Below, one piece after another: positions 47,217 through 56,432 of a stretch of 64,000 nt of DNA. Under the pieces are notes generated by a model, which did no database searches, had not been told where the DNA came from, and was given only the letters and a program-made list of their open reading frames with translations. The stretch covers positions 278,292 through 342,291 of the forward strand of contig CAVVWJ010000002.1 in the NCBI GenBank assembly GCA_963751925.1, given 5' to 3'. A program made the position numbers and the translations under genes. How positions within the stretch are numbered: position 1 is the first letter of the stretch; each line of letters opens with the position of its first letter. Source of the DNA: an uncultured Gemmatimonadales bacterium (GTDB lineage Bacteria > Gemmatimonadota > Gemmatimonadetes > Gemmatimonadales > GWC2-71-9).

Positions 47217-48956
47217 ATGTACCTGTCGCGTCTGATGTCGATGGCCGCACTTGGTGGAATCGTAGTCACGCCGCTGGCGGCGCAAGGTATTCCCCGCAAT
47301 GCCCGGACATCGCAGACCACCGCTGCCGCCCCCCGGCTGATGGTGGGCAATCCGTTCGCCTACGCAGCCGCCGACTCCGCCCTCGCCGTGAAAATCGGCA
47401 CCGCGCTACGCGAGGAGATGAAGGACATCGTGGGCCGGAACTACACGGTAGTCGAACAGAGCCAGATGAATGATGCCTTGAAGCAGTACGGCTATCCGAT
47501 CGATGCGATACTTCCTCCGGCTCTGGCAACAACACTGGCCAAGAACATCCAGGCGCGTGTCCTGGTGACGGCAACCCTGGCCAAGGCTCAAAACAAGACC
47601 ACGGTCACGGCCCGGCTCATCGGTGTCAACGATGACGCGGGAAATGTCGTCACGATGGACCAGGAGCCGAATCAGAGCCCCCAGGACTTCGGGAAGAAGT
47701 TAGCGCACGCCCTCGAGCCCGCGGTCAAGTCGCTCCCCGACGCGAAGGCGTGCGTCGACCAGAAGACCAGCAAGCCCGACAAGGCGGTCGAAGCGGCGAA
47801 CAAGGCAATCAAGACGCTGCCCAATAACGGCCTGGCCGAATTCTGCCTGGCCCAGATCGCAATGGCTAAGAAGTCACCTCGCGGCGAGATCGTGAAGCAC
47901 CTGCAGGCGTCAGTAAAGGGAGACCCGCTCAGCCTACCCGCATGGACCGCGTTGTCCACTCAGTACCAGCAGGCCAACGATACGGCGAACACCCTGGTGG
48001 CGTTCAAGGAAATGCTGCGGGTAGCTCCAACCAACCAGAAGTTGAGAGAGGAGCTGTTCAAGTACTTCCTGCAGTCCGGACACCCAGAGACCGCGCGCCA
48101 GGTGGCGGACGAAGGGCTCAAGCTCGATCCCTACAATGCCGACCTCTATGACCTGAAGAGCAATGCCTGTCTCTTCCTCAGCGACTTTAAGTGTGCCGTG
48201 GACGCGCTGGAGACGATGTATGCCACCGACTCCACCAAGGCCGACACTCTCTTCTTCACCAAGATCTCGGCCGCTGCCGCAGAGGGCGAGAAGCCGGATA
48301 CCGTACGGTTGTTGAAGTGGTCCCAGGCGGGAGCCAGGAAGTACCCCAACAACATTACGCTCCTCGAATACCTGAACCGGGCTTATGTCTTGACCGGCCA
48401 GGTCGACAGCAGTCTGGCGATTACCCAGAAACTCATCGGCAAGGACACCACCGAAGTCCTTCCCGCCCTCGCAGCAGTCCAGGCCCTGGCCCAGGCACAC
48501 CGCCTGAATGAAGCGGCTCCCTACGTCGATTATGTGACTAAGCACGGCGATCCCCAGCAAAAGGAACAGCTTGCCGGCATTCTCGTTTCCGCGGCGCTGC
48601 CTTTGCTCCAGGGAGACACCGTTAAAGGCGTCAAGAAGGACCTCGCGGGTGCCGCCACCTACGCCAGACAGGCGGCAACCCTGGCTAACCCCGCCGGCAA
48701 AGTGGCTCCTACATCAAATTATGTGCTGGGACTGGCGCTCTTTCTGCAAGCGGCCGAGCTCGACGCCCAGACGGAGAAAAACAAGTCCTGTGAAATGGCC
48801 CAGCAGGAGCAGCAGCTGCTCGGCCAGGCAGACTCCGCGCTAGTCGCGGGCCAATCGGCCAAGCCTGATGCGGTGGCCCAGTATCAGGGCTTCATCAAGA
48901 AGTTCAATCCTCGGGTCACGGCCATGCTGAAGGCCTATTGTAAGAAAAAGAAGTAA
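47217..48956 (+). CDS. secreted helical-repeat (TPR-like) protein, Lys/Asn/Gln-rich
   Basis: Signal peptide MYLSRLMSMAALGGIVVTPLAAQG. The body is long and alpha-helical with TPR-like segments, and the C-terminus is KAYCKKKK. ATG 47217 is preferred over 47169. Confidence 0.7.
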   Translation: MYLSRLMSMAALGGIVVTPLAAQGIPRNARTSQTTAAAPRLMVGNPFAYAAADSALAVKIGTALREEMKDIVGRNYTVVEQSQMNDALKQYGYPIDAILPPALATTLAKNIQARVLVTATLAKAQNKTTVTARLIGVNDDAGNVVTMDQEPNQSPQDFGKKLAHALEPAVKSLPDAKACVDQKTSKPDKAVEAANKAIKTLPNNGLAEFCLAQIAMAKKSPRGEIVKHLQASVKGDPLSLPAWTALSTQYQQANDTANTLVAFKEMLRVAPTNQKLREELFKYFLQSGHPETARQVADEGLKLDPYNADLYDLKSNACLFLSDFKCAVDALETMYATDSTKADTLFFTKISAAAAEGEKPDTVRLLKWSQAGARKYPNNITLLEYLNRAYVLTGQVDSSLAITQKLIGKDTTEVLPALAAVQALAQAHRLNEAAPYVDYVTKHGDPQQKEQLAGILVSAALPLLQGDTVKGVKKDLAGAATYARQAATLANPAGKVAPTSNYVLGLALFLQAAELDAQTEKNKSCEMAQQEQQLLGQADSALVAGQSAKPDAVAQYQGFIKKFNPRVTAMLKAYCKKKK

Positions 48957-48980
48957 GCGTTGGGTAGTGTACTGAGCGAC

Positions 48981-49025
48981 GCGAAGGATCTCTGCCTCAC
49001 TCGAGAGATCCTTTGCTTCGTTTTG
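48981..49025 (+). terminator. rho-independent terminator
   Basis: GCGAAGGATCTCT-gcctcactcg-AGAGATCCTTTGC followed by TTCGTTTT, 25 nt after the stop at 48956. Confidence 0.75.
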
Positions 49026-49095
49026 GGATGCTGAGACCTCACACTGCACCCTAGACCTCCTCTCTCGGTCGATCTATATTCCGCCCTCCGAACGA

Positions 49096-49170
49096 GGGGC
49101 TGTAGCTCAGCTTGGTTAGAGTGCCGCACTGTCACTGCGGAGGTCGCGGGTTCGAGCCCCGTCAGCCCCG
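49096..49170 (+). tRNA. tRNA-Asp (anticodon GTC)
   Basis: Acceptor GGGGCTG/CAGCCCC, D-arm GCTC-AGCTTGGTTA-GAGT, anticodon arm CCGCA-CTGTCAC-TGCGG, T-arm GCGGG-TTCGAGC-CCCGT, discriminator G. Confidence 0.93.
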
Positions 49171-49236
49171 CTCGCTCTTGGTTCAGGCACCCCGTCCAGT
49201 AGACGGGGTGTTGTGTTTCTGCCCATAGAACCGAGC

Positions 49237-50157
49237 ATGATCGATCAGACCAGCAACTACCATGTTCCGGTGCTTCTGGAGCCGGTGCTTGCCGCAGCCA
49301 GGGGCGGCTCCCGCGCGGTGGATGCCACGCTGGGAGACGGCGGGCATGCGGCCGCACTGCTCGGCACCGGCCTCGAGTTGCTGGGTATCGATCGAGATCC
49401 TGAGGCGTTGGCGATCAGCCGCCGGAGGCTCGGGAACGAGCGGATCCAGTATCTCGAGGAACCATACTCCTCGCCTGAGGCGATTGCGGCAGTAGCCCGG
49501 TTTCAACCGGACTTCATTCTGCTCGATCTCGGCGTCTCCTCCAGACAACTGGACGAGACCGAACGAGGATTTAGCTTCCGTCCTGGTGCGCCGCTGGACA
49601 TGAGGATGGGGCCGGCCGATCAAACGGCCGCAGACTTTCTCAATCAGGCTGACGCGCACACGCTCGAGACGGTATTCCGGAATTATGGCGACGAGCGCCG
49701 GGCTCGGCGGCTGGCGGCTGAAATCACACGGCGCCGTGCGCGGTCGGCGTTCAAGATCAGCGATGACCTGGTGAATGCCATTCGAGCGACTCTGGGCGCC
49801 AGAGCGGGCCCCGGTGAATTTGCCCGGCTCTTCCAGGCGGTCCGCATCGCCGTCAACGAGGAGATAGAGGGACTGGACCGGGCGCTGCCGGCATTCCGGG
49901 ACGCACTCAAGCCTGGAGGACGTCTGACGATCATTACCTATCACTCGGGCGAAGACCGACTGGTTAAGCAGTCATTCCGGGAATGGGCTCGGAGCTGCGT
50001 GTGCCCGCCTCACATGCCGGTGTGCAGCTGTCGCGGCAAACCGCTGGGTATGGCTGATCCGCGGAAACCGATTCTTCCCTCTGAGGCGGAGCTCGCAGCC
50101 AACCCGCGCGCCAGGAGCGCCAAATTGCGGATCTTTCGGGTTGATGGTCAGGCTTAA
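49237..50157 (+). CDS. rsmH: 16S rRNA (cytosine1402-N4)-methyltransferase
   Basis: YHVPVLLEPVL, DATLGDGGHA, DLGVSSRQLD and ITYHSGEDRLVK. ATG 49237 is preferred over GTG 49213. Confidence 0.92.
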   Translation: MIDQTSNYHVPVLLEPVLAAARGGSRAVDATLGDGGHAAALLGTGLELLGIDRDPEALAISRRRLGNERIQYLEEPYSSPEAIAAVARFQPDFILLDLGVSSRQLDETERGFSFRPGAPLDMRMGPADQTAADFLNQADAHTLETVFRNYGDERRARRLAAEITRRRARSAFKISDDLVNAIRATLGARAGPGEFARLFQAVRIAVNEEIEGLDRALPAFRDALKPGGRLTIITYHSGEDRLVKQSFREWARSCVCPPHMPVCSCRGKPLGMADPRKPILPSEAELAANPRARSAKLRIFRVDGQA

Positions 50158-50446
50158 GGGACGCCATTGGGTTTTCCTGTGGCTGCTCGTCTTCCTCGGG
50201 GGAGCGCTGCTCGTCGTATCCCGTCAGACCACAGCTCTTCGCACGGCCCGCAGACTCCACGATCTGAGAGAAGAGCGGGGAACTCTCGAGGCCCGTCGTG
50301 CCGATCTCGAGCGCCGCATACGTATCGCCTCCAGTCGCCAGGTGCTCGTACCCATCGCCCAGCGTACACTCGGCCTGCATGAGCCAGCCGACTCCGAATT
50401 TGTCCTCCTTCCAGTGCCGACGCCCCTGGATGCGCGGAAGCCCTGA
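50144..50446 (+). CDS. ftsL: cell division protein FtsL
   Basis: 100-aa bitopic protein with TM WVFLWLLVFLGGALLVV followed by a coiled coil (LRTARRLHDLREERGTLEARRADLERRI). It sits between rsmH and ftsI. Confidence 0.7.
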   Translation: MVRLKGRHWVFLWLLVFLGGALLVVSRQTTALRTARRLHDLREERGTLEARRADLERRIRIASSRQVLVPIAQRTLGLHEPADSEFVLLPVPTPLDARKP

Positions 50447-52410
50447 TGGCTAAGCCCCAGGTTCGCATCGCCGCCGTCCAGTTCGGTTTTGCATTGGGTA
50501 TCCTGGCCATCCTTGTCCGCGCCGCTCAGCTGCAGCTGATACAGGGGGAGCGTTGGGCCGAGCAGGCACAGCGGCAGCGCACCGAACGGGCGGTATTGCC
50601 GGCACGGAGGGGCGCGCTCTTCGACCGGAATGGCGTGCCGCTGGCCGTCAGTCAGGAGTTCTACCACGTCGGCGTCGCCCCCAACGAGTTGTCGGATCGG
50701 CGAGCAGCTTCCCGCTTGTTGTCGCGTCAGTTGGCTGTGCCGTTCGCCGCTCTCGATCGTAGTCTGCGGCTGGGGAAGCGATGGATCTATTTGCACGGTC
50801 CGTTCACCGCTACCCAGGTCCAGCCGCTTCGGCGGCTCGATGGTGTGCACCTGACTGGAGAGTTCCAGCGCTTTTACCCATCTCGTTCGCTCGCCCGTCC
50901 CATCATTGGTGGACTCTCTGCCGAACGGGATATTGGTGCGGCCGGGCTGGAGCTTTCCCTCGACTCCATTCTCCGGGGCGAGCCGGGCGAAGCGGTGCTC
51001 CTGAAGGATCGAGCCGGCAGACGGTATGACTCGCCCTCGCGGCTGGTGCGTGAGCCCGTGGCAGGGAACGACGTGGTCCTCACGATAGATGCCGAGCTAC
51101 AGGAGATCGCGGAGCGGGGTCTGGCGGATGCGCTACGGGCGATGAAGGCGGAAGGTGGAGATGTAGTCTTCCTCGATCCCACCAACGGCGAGCTGCTTGC
51201 GCTGGCTTCTCAGCAGGCCAGCACCATCGCCTTTCCGCGCGCTTCCGTATTCACGGACCCGTTCGAGCCGGGTTCTACGGCCAAGCTGTTTACGGCCGCG
51301 GCCCTGCTCACCCATCGTCGAGTGACCAGCAACGACGCGGTCTTTGCTGAAGGGGGCACCTGGCGAATGCCGACCAACAGCAGCGGCCGAACCCGCCTGA
51401 TCACTGATGCCCACCACACCATTGGCAATCTCACGCTGGCAAAGACGATTCAGGTCTCCAGCAACGTTGGTATGGCCAAGTTTTCATCGCGGCTTTCGCC
51501 GGAAGAGCAGTACGAGATGCTGCGGGACTTCGGGTTCGGCGCACCGACTGGTGCGGAGTTTCCTTCGGAATCGAGAGGTCTCCTGGCCCATCCGGACAAG
51601 TGGGAGCCGATGTATACTCGCGCCAGCGTGGCCATGGGCTACGAGCTGGGTGTCACCCCGGTTCAGCTCGCTTCGGCTTATGGAGCCATCGCTAACGACG
51701 GGCTGCTGCTCACGCCCACATTGGTGCGAGAGATCCGCGATCCCACCGGCAATCTGCTGTACCGGCATCAGCCCGAACCGGTTCGCCGGGTGGTCTCGCC
51801 GGAAATTTCGGCACGGTTGCGGGACTTTCTGCGTGGAGCAGTGGGTGAAGGCGGGACCGGCGAAGAGGCGCAGCTGATCAACTACACATTGCTCGGCAAG
51901 ACTGGGACGGCAGTGCGGTTCCAGGGCGGACGCTACGTTCACGGACAGTACACTGCGTCGTTCGCGGCGCTCTTTCCCGCCGACCACCCTCAGCTGGTCG
52001 TGATCGTCAAAATCGACAACCCTCGTGGCAACTATTACGGCGGCCTGACGGCTGCTCCAGTGACGCGAACGATGTTGCAACAGGCGCTTGCGTCCCGCCG
52101 CGTGGCCATCGACCGGAGTCGCCTGGCTCCGCAGGAAGACGATGCGTCTCCCCCGGAGCACTCGGTGGCGACGCCAGTGGGCCTGCCACGCGTGGTGCTC
52201 TCCTGGCCTTACCGGCCCGCACTGGTGACGTCTCCGGCCCAGACGGTGCCCGATGTCTCGGGCAGACCGGTGCGCGAGGCGCTTCTTGCGCTTCATCGAC
52301 GTGGTTTCCGCGTCACCCTTCAGGGCCTCGGCGACGTGCAGCGGACCAATCCTGCCGGCGGCGACAGCGCCAGCCCCGGTGCAGTCGTTGCCGTGTGGGC
52401 GGACCAGTGA
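50446..52410 (+). CDS. ftsI: peptidoglycan D,D-transpeptidase FtsI (class B PBP) with C-terminal PASTA domain
   Basis: N-terminal TM and PBP dimer domain. Transpeptidase motifs STAKLF (SxxK), SSN and KTGT. C-terminal PASTA-like VPDVSGRPVREALLALHRRGFRVTLQGLGDV. Confidence 0.93.
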   Translation: MAKPQVRIAAVQFGFALGILAILVRAAQLQLIQGERWAEQAQRQRTERAVLPARRGALFDRNGVPLAVSQEFYHVGVAPNELSDRRAASRLLSRQLAVPFAALDRSLRLGKRWIYLHGPFTATQVQPLRRLDGVHLTGEFQRFYPSRSLARPIIGGLSAERDIGAAGLELSLDSILRGEPGEAVLLKDRAGRRYDSPSRLVREPVAGNDVVLTIDAELQEIAERGLADALRAMKAEGGDVVFLDPTNGELLALASQQASTIAFPRASVFTDPFEPGSTAKLFTAAALLTHRRVTSNDAVFAEGGTWRMPTNSSGRTRLITDAHHTIGNLTLAKTIQVSSNVGMAKFSSRLSPEEQYEMLRDFGFGAPTGAEFPSESRGLLAHPDKWEPMYTRASVAMGYELGVTPVQLASAYGAIANDGLLLTPTLVREIRDPTGNLLYRHQPEPVRRVVSPEISARLRDFLRGAVGEGGTGEEAQLINYTLLGKTGTAVRFQGGRYVHGQYTASFAALFPADHPQLVVIVKIDNPRGNYYGGLTAAPVTRTMLQQALASRRVAIDRSRLAPQEDDASPPEHSVATPVGLPRVVLSWPYRPALVTSPAQTVPDVSGRPVREALLALHRRGFRVTLQGLGDVQRTNPAGGDSASPGAVVAVWADQ

Positions 52411-52456
52411 GCATCCTCCAACAATCAATCGCCCAGTGCCGCTGAGCTGGGGCGAG

Positions 52457-53896
52457 ATGCTCGACGAGCTGCGCCGCAACGATCTCCTGGTTGCGGCTCC
52501 AGCAGTGTCTCCAACGTTGACCGGACTCGGGGTTGATAGCCGCTCCATCTCACCCGGGATGCTGTACCTGGCAGTACGTGGATCCCAGGCCGACGGACAT
52601 CGCTTCATTGCCGACTCCGTCCAGCGCGGCGCGGCTGCGGTGTTGGTCGAGACGGCGCAGCAGACCAGCGTGCCGCAAGTGGTGGTGCGCGACAGCCGGC
52701 GGGCTGCACTGGTGCTCGGCGCCGCCTGGTATGGTCACCCTGGGCGCTGCCTCACACTCATCGGAGTGACCGGCACCAACGGAAAGACCACGACGACGGG
52801 GCTGATCCGGCACCTGTTCAACGAGCGCGAGTCGGCCGGGACCATCGGTACCTTGGGCGCGTTCGATGGACGGGACCAATCGATCACTTCGACCGCTGGA
52901 TCGCTGACGACACCTGGGCCGATCGACTTGCAAGCCACCCTCGGCGCCATGGTGACGCGCGGGGTCACCCATGTGGCGATGGAGGCATCATCGCACAGTC
53001 TTGATCAGGGCCGGCTCGACGGACTGACGTTTGCCGCGGGCGTGTTCACCAACCTCACGCGCGATCATCTGGATTACCACGGCACCATGGAAGCGTACCT
53101 GGCTTCCAAGCTGCGCCTCAGCGGCCTGCTCGGCCTCCGCGGTATCGAGGTGGTCAACCTGGATGAGGACGTGTGGCTCACGATGCCTCCCCGAACGCCT
53201 CGTCTTACCTTCGGTTCCCATCCTGGGGCGGACGTGCGGGCCTCGGAGATCGTTCTGGATGCGTCCGGTTCCCGCTTTCGGCTCGACGGCAGGTTTGGAC
53301 CGGCCGAGGCATCCCTTCCGCTCCTCGGAGACTTCAACGTCGCCAATGCCCTGGCTGCGGCTGCAACCGCACTCGGCTTGGGTCTCGGACTCACTGACGT
53401 GGTTGGCCGGCTGGCACAATCACCGCAGGTACCCGGGCGCATGGAGCGAATCTCGGATGTGCCCTGCATCGTGCTGCGGGACTATGCCCACACACCTGAC
53501 GCCCTGGAGCGTGCGCTCACGTCGCTCCGTCCACTTACAGCCGGACGCCTGATCGTGGTGTTTGGCTGCGGTGGCGATCGCGATCGCGGAAAGCGACCGC
53601 TCATGGGACGCATCGCCGCGGAGCTCTCGGACATTGCCATCGCAACCTCCGACAATCCACGGACGGAAAATCCCGATTCGATCCTCGATGATATCGAACA
53701 GGGCATGGGTGGCATGCCTCACGTTCGCATCTCTGACCGTTTGGCGGCCATTCACGCCGCGCTCAACCTGGCCCGGTCCGGCGACACCATCCTGCTCGCC
53801 GGCAAGGGTCACGAGACATATCAGGTACTCGGCACCGAGAAAGTCGCGTTCGACGAGCGCGTGATCGTGCAGCAGGCGGTAAGCCGTGAGCGGTGA
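52457..53896 (+). CDS. murE: UDP-N-acetylmuramoyl-L-alanyl-D-glutamate--2,6-diaminopimelate ligase
   Basis: GVTGTNGKTTTT, MEASSH, TNLTRDHLDYHG, and DYAHTPDAL followed by GCGGDRDRGKR (DAP-type DNPR: SDNPRTE). Start is ATG 52457 or GTG 52436. The ORF-track start 52253 overlaps ftsI. Confidence 0.9.
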   Translation: MLDELRRNDLLVAAPAVSPTLTGLGVDSRSISPGMLYLAVRGSQADGHRFIADSVQRGAAAVLVETAQQTSVPQVVVRDSRRAALVLGAAWYGHPGRCLTLIGVTGTNGKTTTTGLIRHLFNERESAGTIGTLGAFDGRDQSITSTAGSLTTPGPIDLQATLGAMVTRGVTHVAMEASSHSLDQGRLDGLTFAAGVFTNLTRDHLDYHGTMEAYLASKLRLSGLLGLRGIEVVNLDEDVWLTMPPRTPRLTFGSHPGADVRASEIVLDASGSRFRLDGRFGPAEASLPLLGDFNVANALAAAATALGLGLGLTDVVGRLAQSPQVPGRMERISDVPCIVLRDYAHTPDALERALTSLRPLTAGRLIVVFGCGGDRDRGKRPLMGRIAAELSDIAIATSDNPRTENPDSILDDIEQGMGGMPHVRISDRLAAIHAALNLARSGDTILLAGKGHETYQVLGTEKVAFDERVIVQQAVSRER

Positions 53897-55298
53897 GCCG
53901 ACGGAGTTTCGCGAGAGCCTCTCCTGGCCGGAGCAGATGGTGAGAGAGGCGCTCGAGATCGCTCCCCGCTCCAGGGGGGAACCTTCGACTTTCTCAGGGG
54001 TTTCGACCGACAGCCGGTCGGTTGGGCAGGGAGCCTTGTTCGTGGCACTGAGGGGCGAGCGGTTCGATGGACATGACCACCTCGCAGCCGCGGCGGCTGC
54101 AGGAGCAACAGGGGCAGTAGTCTCCTCCGGCACTGCCCCTGTCCCGGGGCTCACCTATTTCGAGGTCCCGGATACACTGCGTGCGCTGGGCAACCTCGCG
54201 CGAGCGCGTCGCCGGACGATCTCTGGGCCAGTGATCGCCATTACTGGTACCAACGGGAAGACCAGCACCAAGGAAATGCTCGCTGCGGTTCTCCGGACCC
54301 GCTACAGCACCCACGCCACCCGCGCCAACCTCAACAATCTCGTGGGTGTGCCGCTCACGATCCTCGAAGCCCCCAGCGAGACCGAGGCGCTGGTGGTCGA
54401 GGCCGGAGCCAATTTGCCGGGGGAGATCTCCCGCTATCGCGAGATCATCGAGCCCTCCCTCACGATTGTCACCAACGCTGTCGCGGGTCACCTGGAAGGA
54501 TTCGGCTCGCTTGCGGGCGTAGTTGCCGAAAAGCTTTCGCTCACGGACAACGTCCCGCTCGCGGTGGTAGGCGTCGAGCCGCCGTCACTGGCTGATGGGG
54601 CGCGGAAGCGGGCCCGGCGAGTTCGAACGGCGGCACTCGAAGGGGCCGATCTCACGCCAGACCGGGTGGAACTGGATGACTCGGCCCGACCGGTGATCAC
54701 GTTCGGCGGCACCAGCTTCGTCCTGGCCGCGCGAGGCCTGCATCAGGCGGACAACGCCACCCGGGTATGGGCGGTCGTTGAGGCGCTGAGGCTAGATCGT
54801 GAGTCATCGGCGCGAGCGCTCCAGCAGTTCTCGATACCGAGTGGGCGGGGCGAGCTGGTTCAGGAGGGCGGCCTCACCATTCTGAACGACTGTTACAACG
54901 CCAATCCCCAATCCTTTCGCGCGTCCATCGCAACCGCTGCGGCACTTCGGGGAGATCGTCGACTGGTGTTCGTCGCTGGAACGATGCGTGAGCTGGGCCC
55001 CGACAGCGTTGCCCTCCACCGGAGCGTGGCAGAAGCGCTGATGGACCTGCAGCCGGACTTACTCGCGGTGGTGGGGGACTTCGTTCCGGCACTCGCACCC
55101 TATGCGAGCAAGTTGGGAGACCGTCTGGTTACGGCTCCGGATCCACCCGCCCTGGCACCGCTACTGGCCGCACGTCTCGGCGGTGATGAGATCGTGGTGC
55201 TCAAGGCATCCCGTGGCGTGGCGCTGGAGCGTATACTTCCCGCGCTCGCGGCCCGCGCAAAGATCCCACCCCCTGGCGCACCGCACCGCTCTCACTGA
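53886..55298 (+). CDS. murF: UDP-N-acetylmuramoyl-tripeptide--D-alanyl-D-alanine ligase
   Basis: ITGTNGKTSTKEML, NNLVGVPLT, ILNDCYNANP and MRELG. Confidence 0.9.
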   Translation: MSGEPTEFRESLSWPEQMVREALEIAPRSRGEPSTFSGVSTDSRSVGQGALFVALRGERFDGHDHLAAAAAAGATGAVVSSGTAPVPGLTYFEVPDTLRALGNLARARRRTISGPVIAITGTNGKTSTKEMLAAVLRTRYSTHATRANLNNLVGVPLTILEAPSETEALVVEAGANLPGEISRYREIIEPSLTIVTNAVAGHLEGFGSLAGVVAEKLSLTDNVPLAVVGVEPPSLADGARKRARRVRTAALEGADLTPDRVELDDSARPVITFGGTSFVLAARGLHQADNATRVWAVVEALRLDRESSARALQQFSIPSGRGELVQEGGLTILNDCYNANPQSFRASIATAAALRGDRRLVFVAGTMRELGPDSVALHRSVAEALMDLQPDLLAVVGDFVPALAPYASKLGDRLVTAPDPPALAPLLAARLGGDEIVVLKASRGVALERILPALAARAKIPPPGAPHRSH

Positions 55299-55304
55299 GA
55301 ATCG

Positions 55305-56432
55305 ATGCTTTATCACTGGCTCGCCCCGCTCGGGAAGTCGTACATCATCTTCAATCTTTTCAACTACATCAGCTTCCGGGCCGCGGGTGCGACCGTCACT
55401 GCGCTGCTCCTCGCCTTCGTGGTAGGGCCACCGGTGATCCGGCGATTGCGGGCGAGGAAGGTGGGGCAGGTGATTCGCGCGGAGGGGCCGGCGAGTCACC
55501 AAAGTAAGCGGGGGACACCGACCATGGGTGGCCTCATCATCCTGCTCGCGACCGTCGTGCCGACGCTGCTCTGGGCTCCGCTGAGCAATCGGTTCGTTCT
55601 GGTGGCGATGCTGTCCACGCTATGGATGGGCTGCATCGGATTCCTCGATGATTACCTCAAGATCGTGCAGGGGAAGTCGCGAGGCCTGGTGGCGCGGTGG
55701 AAGCTGGCAGGCCAGTGCAGCTTTGGATTACTCCTGGGACTGTTCCTGGCGTACCATCCCGTGGTACCGGTAGACACGATTCCCGCGACCGCAACGACGC
55801 TTCCGTTCTTCAAGTATCTGGTCGTCAACTTTGCTCCCTGGCTGTTCGTCTTTTTCGTGACGGTGGTGATCACCGGGAGCAGCAATGCTGTCAATCTGAC
55901 CGATGGCCTCGATGGTCTGGCCACCGGTCTGGCCGGAATCTCCGCGGCTGCCTTTGCCGTATTCGCGTACCTGTTCGGCCGGGTAGATGTGACCACATAC
56001 CTGAACGTCTTCTATCTCCCGGGTGCGGGAGAGCTGGCCGTATTCTGTGCCGCACTCATGGGAGCGACGGTAGGCTTCCTCTGGTTTAATGCCCATCCGG
56101 CCGAGGTGTTCATGGGCGATACTGGGAGCCTCGCCATAGGGGGAGCCCTGGGAACGGTTGCGATCTTGCTCAAGGCGGAGTTCCTGCTGCTTCTGATTGG
56201 CGGCGTGTTTGCCGCCGAGGCGATTTCGGTCCTGATCCAAACCGGAACCTATAAGTGGTTCAAACGCACCCGCGGCCGGGAGTATGCTGACGCCCACCGG
56301 GTGTTCCGCATGGCTCCGCTTCACCATCACTTCGAAAAGCTGGGCTGGGCCGAGACCACGGTCGTCACGCGCTTTTACATCCTCGGACTGCTGTGCGCCC
56401 TGGTGGCACTGTCGACCCTGAAGGTGCGATGA
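55305..56432 (+). CDS. mraY: phospho-N-acetylmuramoyl-pentapeptide transferase
   Basis: KRGTPTMGG, NAVNLTDGLDGLA, FMGDTGSLAIGG and PLHHHFE. Confidence 0.97.
   Translation: MLYHWLAPLGKSYIIFNLFNYISFRAAGATVTALLLAFVVGPPVIRRLRARKVGQVIRAEGPASHQSKRGTPTMGGLIILLATVVPTLLWAPLSNRFVLVAMLSTLWMGCIGFLDDYLKIVQGKSRGLVARWKLAGQCSFGLLLGLFLAYHPVVPVDTIPATATTLPFFKYLVVNFAPWLFVFFVTVVITGSSNAVNLTDGLDGLATGLAGISAAAFAVFAYLFGRVDVTTYLNVFYLPGAGELAVFCAALMGATVGFLWFNAHPAEVFMGDTGSLAIGGALGTVAILLKAEFLLLLIGGVFAAEAISVLIQTGTYKWFKRTRGREYADAHRVFRMAPLHHHFEKLGWAETTVVTRFYILGLLCALVALSTLKVR

Noticed and set aside
46807-49236. tRNA-flanked segment as a bona fide genomic island or integrated element.
   Set aside because: There is no integrase, no phage or transposon genes and no visible direct repeat of a tRNA 3' end. 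It contains only one cargo gene and is downgraded to a compositional curiosity.
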